A DNA stretch of 64,000 bases from Clostridia bacterium (GTDB taxonomy: Bacteria; Bacillota; Clostridia; Christensenellales; DTU072), in assembly GCA_017533505.1 (NCBI GenBank), contig JAFXIB010000109.1, positions 3,752-67,751 of the forward strand, written 5' to 3'. Positions 59,713 to 64,000 of this stretch are shown here, one piece after another (position 1 is the stretch's first letter; every line of letters begins with the position of its first letter). The notes beneath the pieces are model-generated. The model saw only the letters and a program-made list of their open reading frames with translations, did no database searches and was not told where the DNA came from. Both the position numbers and the translations under genes were made by a program.

Positions 59713-60519
59713 TTAAATGAGAATATCTTTTGCAAAGTGCATGATTTTATCAACGATAAATTGCTTGGGATCAATGCTGTCGTCCTCGATCAGAATGGTT
59801 AGGTCCATGCCATAAGCTACATGCTCTGCAACATCAACGCCATGAGATGCGCTAAATGTAGCATTGCCAGCACGACGACCAATAGCAGCTGTACAATATT
59901 CCTTGCCACCCGCGATTTGGCTTTCATATACATCCAAAACATCACGCATAAGTTGCTCATAGCCTGTTAGGTCAAAGAAAACCTTTTCTTCGTCAGCAAG
60001 CCAGTCAAGATTGCGCCATACTTCACAGCCATAAAGCTTTTTGGGGCGAGCTTCTTTTGGTAGCTCACGGAGTGCCTTGATGCAGTTTACAGCAGTACCA
60101 ACATGAGTAGGATGCTTGTCTGCAAGGTTGTGGATGTACATGGTTTCGGGCTTGTAGTTTAGGATGATTTCCTTGATGTCATCTTTTGGAGACTCATTGC
60201 TTCTATCTTTGAGTTCGCCTGAAGTATAGTTGAGCATAACGAGAGCAGAGTAATCGCCTATCTCTGCTGCCTTGATTTGCTCAAGGCGTCTAACCTTCAT
60301 CATTTCTTCATTTGTCATGTGTGCAAATGGGCCACTTCTTGGGCTTCCACTGCCGTCAGCGCAAACAACGCCAACCACACCATATTTGTCACTTTGGTAT
60401 CCCTTAATGATTGCTTGGGGACACATAATCTCAATATCGTCTTGATGCGCCGCAACGACCAATTCGGTATAAATTTGCTTTGAGCCGTTTACTACTTCGG
60501 CTTTTTTGTTGAGTTGCAT
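59713..60519 (-). CDS. PIG-L/LmbE-family N-acetylglucosaminyl deacetylase
   Basis: VVAAHQDDIEIM (the AHPDDE-type zinc motif) and DKHPTH (a second metal ligand). I place the start at the ATG at 60519, preceded by GGAGGA at 5 nt. The upstream 38 codons of the listed ORF run into the intergenic repeat. Confidence 0.8.
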   Translation of the reverse strand: MQLNKKAEVVNGSKQIYTELVVAAHQDDIEIMCPQAIIKGYQSDKYGVVGVVCADGSGSPRSGPFAHMTNEEMMKVRRLEQIKAAEIGDYSALVMLNYTSGELKDRSNESPKDDIKEIILNYKPETMYIHNLADKHPTHVGTAVNCIKALRELPKEARPKKLYGCEVWRNLDWLADEEKVFFDLTGYEQLMRDVLDVYESQIAGGKEYCTAAIGRRAGNATFSASHGVDVAEHVAYGMDLTILIEDDSIDPKQFIVDKIMHFAKDILI

Positions 60520-60625
60520 AACATTCCTCCTATGCTGAAAAGTTATATTGATTTTATGCTTTACAAGGGACCTTCCCTTGTTGAATAAACATGGAATTAT
60601 ATGGGTTAATATGAGCCAAGGATAC

Positions 60626-60880
60626 TGGTCCAAAGGGTTGCTGTAGTAAACCTACTGCGCCCTGCTATTCACTCACATAGTCCATTATGCGGAATAAACG
60701 AATTAGATACGAGCAAGACGAACAAACGACATTGGTCCAAAGGGTTGCTGTAGTAAACCTACTGCACCCTGCCATTCTCGCACATAGTCCGTTGTACGGA
60801 ATAAACGGATTAGATACGAGCAAGACGAGTAAATGGCGATAGCTCAAAGGGTTGCTGTAGCAAACCTACTGCGCCCTGCA
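60626..60880. repeat. Three tandem copies (107-nt period) of the same structured intergenic repeat family
   Basis: The cores AAGGGTTGCTGTAG-(T/C)AAAC-CTACTGC(G/A)CCCTG lie at 60633-60664, 60740-60771 and 60847-60878. The box AGATACGAGCAAGACGA lies between them. Confidence 0.85.
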
Positions 60881-60926
60881 GAGCTATTGACTTTTACGAA
60901 GTATTGCGAAGTATATAATTCGTTTA

Positions 60927-62249
60927 TTAGAGGCTGGCTGCTGTAAAAGACTGCCCCAACCTTCTGCTCATTTCGTCGGGTAAAACAATTTCAAGAGAGC
61001 TTCCTTCTTGAGAGATGATGGAGCGAGCGCGAGAAAGTAAAATCTCACCACCACGACCACTTGCTACACGACCAAGGAAGATTGCTTTTTTAATATTGTA
61101 AAGACAAGCAAACCAAAGAAGAGTGTAACCAAAGTAATCACCCATACGCTCATAAAGTTCTGTTGCCCTACTATCTCCATCGTTTGCCAAAGCTTGAACA
61201 ACTTTGAGCTTTTCTGCTGGGGATAGAGCCTCATCAAGTTCGATACCAGCTTCGGGAGCAAGTTTGATGACGGCATCTTGAGAGTGATACATTACGCCTA
61301 CACCGGCATCGCCACTCCACTCGTCAATGGCAGAATTCTCGTTTGCGTCAACTGGAACAAAGGCAAGTTCGTTTAGACAGCCACGGATACGCATTTCGCT
61401 GTCTACATAGCCGGCAGCAAGAGATGTTCCCATTGCAATACCAAGTATTTCGCCACCTTCAGTAAAGGCGCCAGCAAGCGCTGCGACATCACCGTCATTT
61501 GCAACTTTGACTGGGCAATTATATCTTTTTGCAAGGTTTTTGTAGATTGGGCGAACAAACTCATTTTGTTCTTTTTGGGATACCTTTCTAAATAAACTTG
61601 ATACCCTAACTTCATTATCAACAACAATACCTGCAGTTGAAACACCAAGTGCATCGACTCTGCCACCAAGGGCTTTGAGCGCATTGTCGATGGAGTCAAT
61701 GATTCCTTCCAAATGATAGTTTGGGTCGCTGTTAAGTTTTGGAAACCATATGGTTTCTTTCTCGTATACAACCTTACCATCTATGCATGCTGTGACCTTA
61801 CGGTCACTTCCACCTGCATCAAAACCGATGCGATATCCACCAGCTTTTGCGCTTGATGGCTCTGCCTTGCAAGTGGACAGGGGAAGCTCGTTTTCGCTAA
61901 CACAAACAAACTCCATTGGGCGCAAATATACATTTTGCATAAAGTTATAGTCAAATGCGCGTTCTCCGTTTGAAGAGTAAGCCTCTCTCAATCCAGCAAC
62001 CACACCTTCGCCACCATATAAATGGAATTTGTAGCCACCATAAGCCCATATCATTGTTTTGACAAGCTTCTTTGCGTAACGCAAATTCTCTTGCTCATGG
62101 CCTTCAGCATAGAGATATGTATCATATCTTTCGTATTCGCCTTCTGCCCTTTCAAGCACTAAAACAAAGGGTTTTGCGCCCTTATCTTTAGCATTCTCCA
62201 AAAAATCCTTTTGGTATAGATACATTGGATAGTAATTTTTATCTAACAT
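60927..62249 (-). CDS. ROK/ASKHA-type sugar kinase-like protein with a ~130-aa N-terminal extension
   Basis: GFDAGGSDRKV (phosphate-1), GVSTAGIVVD and ANDGDVAALAG fit ROK-type glucokinase/regulator folds. The ATG shares one nt with the upstream stop (TAATG) and is preceded by GGGAGG. Confidence 0.7.
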   Translation of the reverse strand: MLDKNYYPMYLYQKDFLENAKDKGAKPFVLVLERAEGEYERYDTYLYAEGHEQENLRYAKKLVKTMIWAYGGYKFHLYGGEGVVAGLREAYSSNGERAFDYNFMQNVYLRPMEFVCVSENELPLSTCKAEPSSAKAGGYRIGFDAGGSDRKVTACIDGKVVYEKETIWFPKLNSDPNYHLEGIIDSIDNALKALGGRVDALGVSTAGIVVDNEVRVSSLFRKVSQKEQNEFVRPIYKNLAKRYNCPVKVANDGDVAALAGAFTEGGEILGIAMGTSLAAGYVDSEMRIRGCLNELAFVPVDANENSAIDEWSGDAGVGVMYHSQDAVIKLAPEAGIELDEALSPAEKLKVVQALANDGDSRATELYERMGDYFGYTLLWFACLYNIKKAIFLGRVASGRGGEILLSRARSIISQEGSSLEIVLPDEMSRRLGQSFTAASL

Positions 62250-63094
62250 TATTTAACCTCCCAACGCTCAATGTGTGTTATATTATCGCCTGGCTCAACC
62301 ATTTTGAATGGAGAGAGGGTTTCTACTTCGTGGATATGCTCGTTTGTGTATGTTTCCATATTGGAGCAGTAGTCTGGATAATCATTAGGCTCGCCCTTTA
62401 CATCAACGGTCTTAATGAATGTTGTATTGTTAAGGGTATATTCTGTACGGAAGGGATTGATGAAAGCGCCCACCTTAAATGGACCTTTGCATACCTTACT
62501 GCTCTTGAGAATAATCTTGTCGTTTTGAAGGTCAAAGCGTGGGTCTTTGATGTCATTATAATGCCAAATTACAAGATTTCTGTTTGCGAGATATCCTGTA
62601 TCTTCCTTGGACAATGGAACTTCAAGAGTGCCACCACATTTCATAACTGTTAGCGCCCACAAGCAAAGCTTTTTGGTTTCGCTTGCAATATTGGTTAGGC
62701 TCATCTTGATTTCTGCTTTACCTTCGCCAACAAAGGTGATTTCAAGTTTGGGTTGTACTCCACGCTCTACCCATGCTGGTGGGGTAAATATGGCTCCATT
62801 TTCCTTTAATTCATAGGATACTGGGTTGTTGTCTGGATAATATGTGGTTTCGTCTTCTGGGGAAATCCAAATACGATGTCCACCATAGATGTGCCACCAT
62901 TTCCCATCTCCGTAGGTCAAAGAAACATCCTTGTTGACATTGTCGTCAACATCTTCATACATAAGAGATTCTTCCCCTACTTTGCCCATTTTTATGATTC
63001 TTGGGCCTACATCAAGCGTAACGGCAAGAAACATCTTGCCGTCTGTAAGTTCTAAAGTTCTGCCAAGAAAACAACTTCCAATTTTACTCTCCAT
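62249..63094 (-). CDS. Hypothetical beta-rich protein, tentatively galactose-mutarotase-like (DUF4380-like)
   Basis: 281-aa ORF with an AGGAG RBS. The motif GGHRIWISPE and the all-beta character remind me of mutarotase-like DUF4380 proteins. The family call is from memory only. Confidence 0.45.
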   Translation of the reverse strand: MESKIGSCFLGRTLELTDGKMFLAVTLDVGPRIIKMGKVGEESLMYEDVDDNVNKDVSLTYGDGKWWHIYGGHRIWISPEDETTYYPDNNPVSYELKENGAIFTPPAWVERGVQPKLEITFVGEGKAEIKMSLTNIASETKKLCLWALTVMKCGGTLEVPLSKEDTGYLANRNLVIWHYNDIKDPRFDLQNDKIILKSSKVCKGPFKVGAFINPFRTEYTLNNTTFIKTVDVKGEPNDYPDYCSNMETYTNEHIHEVETLSPFKMVEPGDNITHIERWEVK

Positions 63095-63096
63095 TA

Positions 63097-64000
63097 TTAG
63101 CTCCTAATAAACTCAATATATTTTTTGTCGCCAGAGCCATAGAGTGATATTTCTACGCCTTCTGGAGCAGCATTGTTGATTACAAGATAGATAGCTTCGA
63201 TACTACCCTTTGATGTAAGATACTCTGTATCAATGATAATTTCCGACCAAATAGTGCCAGCTTCAGCTTGCAATTGACTCAAGTATGTGCCTACATAGTA
63301 AACAAGTTCTTCGTCAGAATTGATTACTGAATCGTATGCTTCACTTGGGTCAATGGTTATGTTGTAAGCAAAGCTTAAATCATCTCTTGAAAGCTCTGGA
63401 TATACGCCATATGTGTCGCGCGTGTCGGAAGCAGAAACACCGATTGCGAAGAACTCTTTTGTCAACATTTCGAGTTTTTGGGCATCCGTTCCTGAACCAA
63501 TGGTTGCTGATTCAGAGCCCCAAGTTGCATCTACTACATACCACTTGCCATCAAGGAATATGGTGTTCCATGCGTGTCCAATGCCTGATGCTTCGCCAAC
63601 AATCTTGGTGCTTACGATACCTTCCATATTAGCAAGAAGGTTGTATGCCTTTGCAATACCATCACATACTGCAAGCTTGTCGATGAATACACCTTCAAGA
63701 TAGAAGCAGTTGTATGCTGTGGTATCTTGGTATCCATCTTGTCCTGCAACGGCAACAATCTTATAGTCATAGGTTACATTGATGCTCAACCACTCGTAAA
63801 TTGCAAGAGCTTTTTCTTGTTGAGTCATCTTGTCGGAGATGATGGTTTGTAGCACTTCGCGTGCCTTGAGATATACAACTTCTGCGATGGTTGGCTCTTC
63901 GCCCTCTGCCCTATCTGGGAACAATGGCTTGTAGCCCATTGCTACTGCAAGATATAGCTCGTTGGTAGTAGTTACTACCATGGTGCGTGTCAAACTATCT
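63097..64000 (-). CDS. Transglutaminase-core (Cys-His-Asp) domain protein, 5' end probably outside the window
   Basis: AVCDGIAKAYNLLANMEGI ... GHAWNTIFLDGKWYVVDATWG is the papain-like transglutaminase core. The frame remains open to the window edge upstream of the listed TTG at 63993. Confidence 0.75.
   Translation of the reverse strand, partial: DSLTRTMVVTTTNELYLAVAMGYKPLFPDRAEGEEPTIAEVVYLKAREVLQTIISDKMTQQEKALAIYEWLSINVTYDYKIVAVAGQDGYQDTTAYNCFYLEGVFIDKLAVCDGIAKAYNLLANMEGIVSTKIVGEASGIGHAWNTIFLDGKWYVVDATWGSESATIGSGTDAQKLEMLTKEFFAIGVSASDTRDTYGVYPELSRDDLSFAYNITIDPSEAYDSVINSDEELVYYVGTYLSQLQAEAGTIWSEIIIDTEYLTSKGSIEAIYLVINNAAPEGVEISLYGSGDKKYIEFIRS

Noticed and set aside
60665-60847. 60-aa minus-strand ORF in the ORF track
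   Set aside because: It lies wholly inside the tandem repeat array. Its sequence is internally repetitive because of the repeats, and it has no RBS.
60626-60880. Regularly spaced 32-nt palindromic cores that superficially resemble a small CRISPR array
   Set aside because: The 75-nt intervals between cores are homologous to one another (for example the shared AGATACGAGCAAGACGA box). These are therefore tandem copies of one 107-nt unit, not repeats separated by unique spacers. No cas genes are in the window.

Overview
The window looks like chromosome from a moderately AT-rich, endospore-forming Bacillota (Clostridia-like) organism. Support: AddA/AddB, SpoIIE, a type I signal peptidase and GGAGG-type ribosome-binding sites. 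Every gene from 3.4 kb to the right edge is on the minus strand. The left ~17 kb is ordinary transport and housekeeping: a ClC channel fragment, an unusual HTH-cupin-acyl-CoA synthetase fusion, a GPH sugar symporter, CorA with a structured leader, AddAB and SpoIIE. The remaining ~47 kb is a cell-surface locus. Its centre is one uninterrupted 28,449-nt ORF (30829..59277, minus) encoding a 9,482-aa predicted lipoprotein in which I recognise no catalytic or toxin domain. Its N-terminal ~5,300 aa are about 14 divergent tandem modules of 300-400 aa. Each module ends in a Y-x-D-L-S...G-x-D-x-x-x-L-L-type motif followed by an acidic linker, and nine linkers carry a recurring QNA-type motif. Next comes a mixed region with glycine-zipper hydrophobic segments and CarboxypepD_reg-like domains, then a long Ig-like (Big_4-like) array. 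Directly downstream, with its own promoter, is a tightly coupled six-gene operon. It encodes a 2,095-aa M6-type metalloprotease with RCC1-like repeats, Ig-like arrays and a C-terminal dockerin; a small lipoprotein with a candidate cohesin; a GH20 hexosaminidase; a Ca2+ P-type ATPase; an alpha/beta-like protein; and signal peptidase I. Two tandem arrays of one structured 107-127-nt intergenic repeat (5 copies, with compensatory stem changes) bracket the giant gene. I saw no tRNA, rRNA, CRISPR array, transposase, integrase or phage genes. All domain calls come from motif recognition by eye. Residue-to-nucleotide positions inside the giant proteins are approximate (within about 30 nt).
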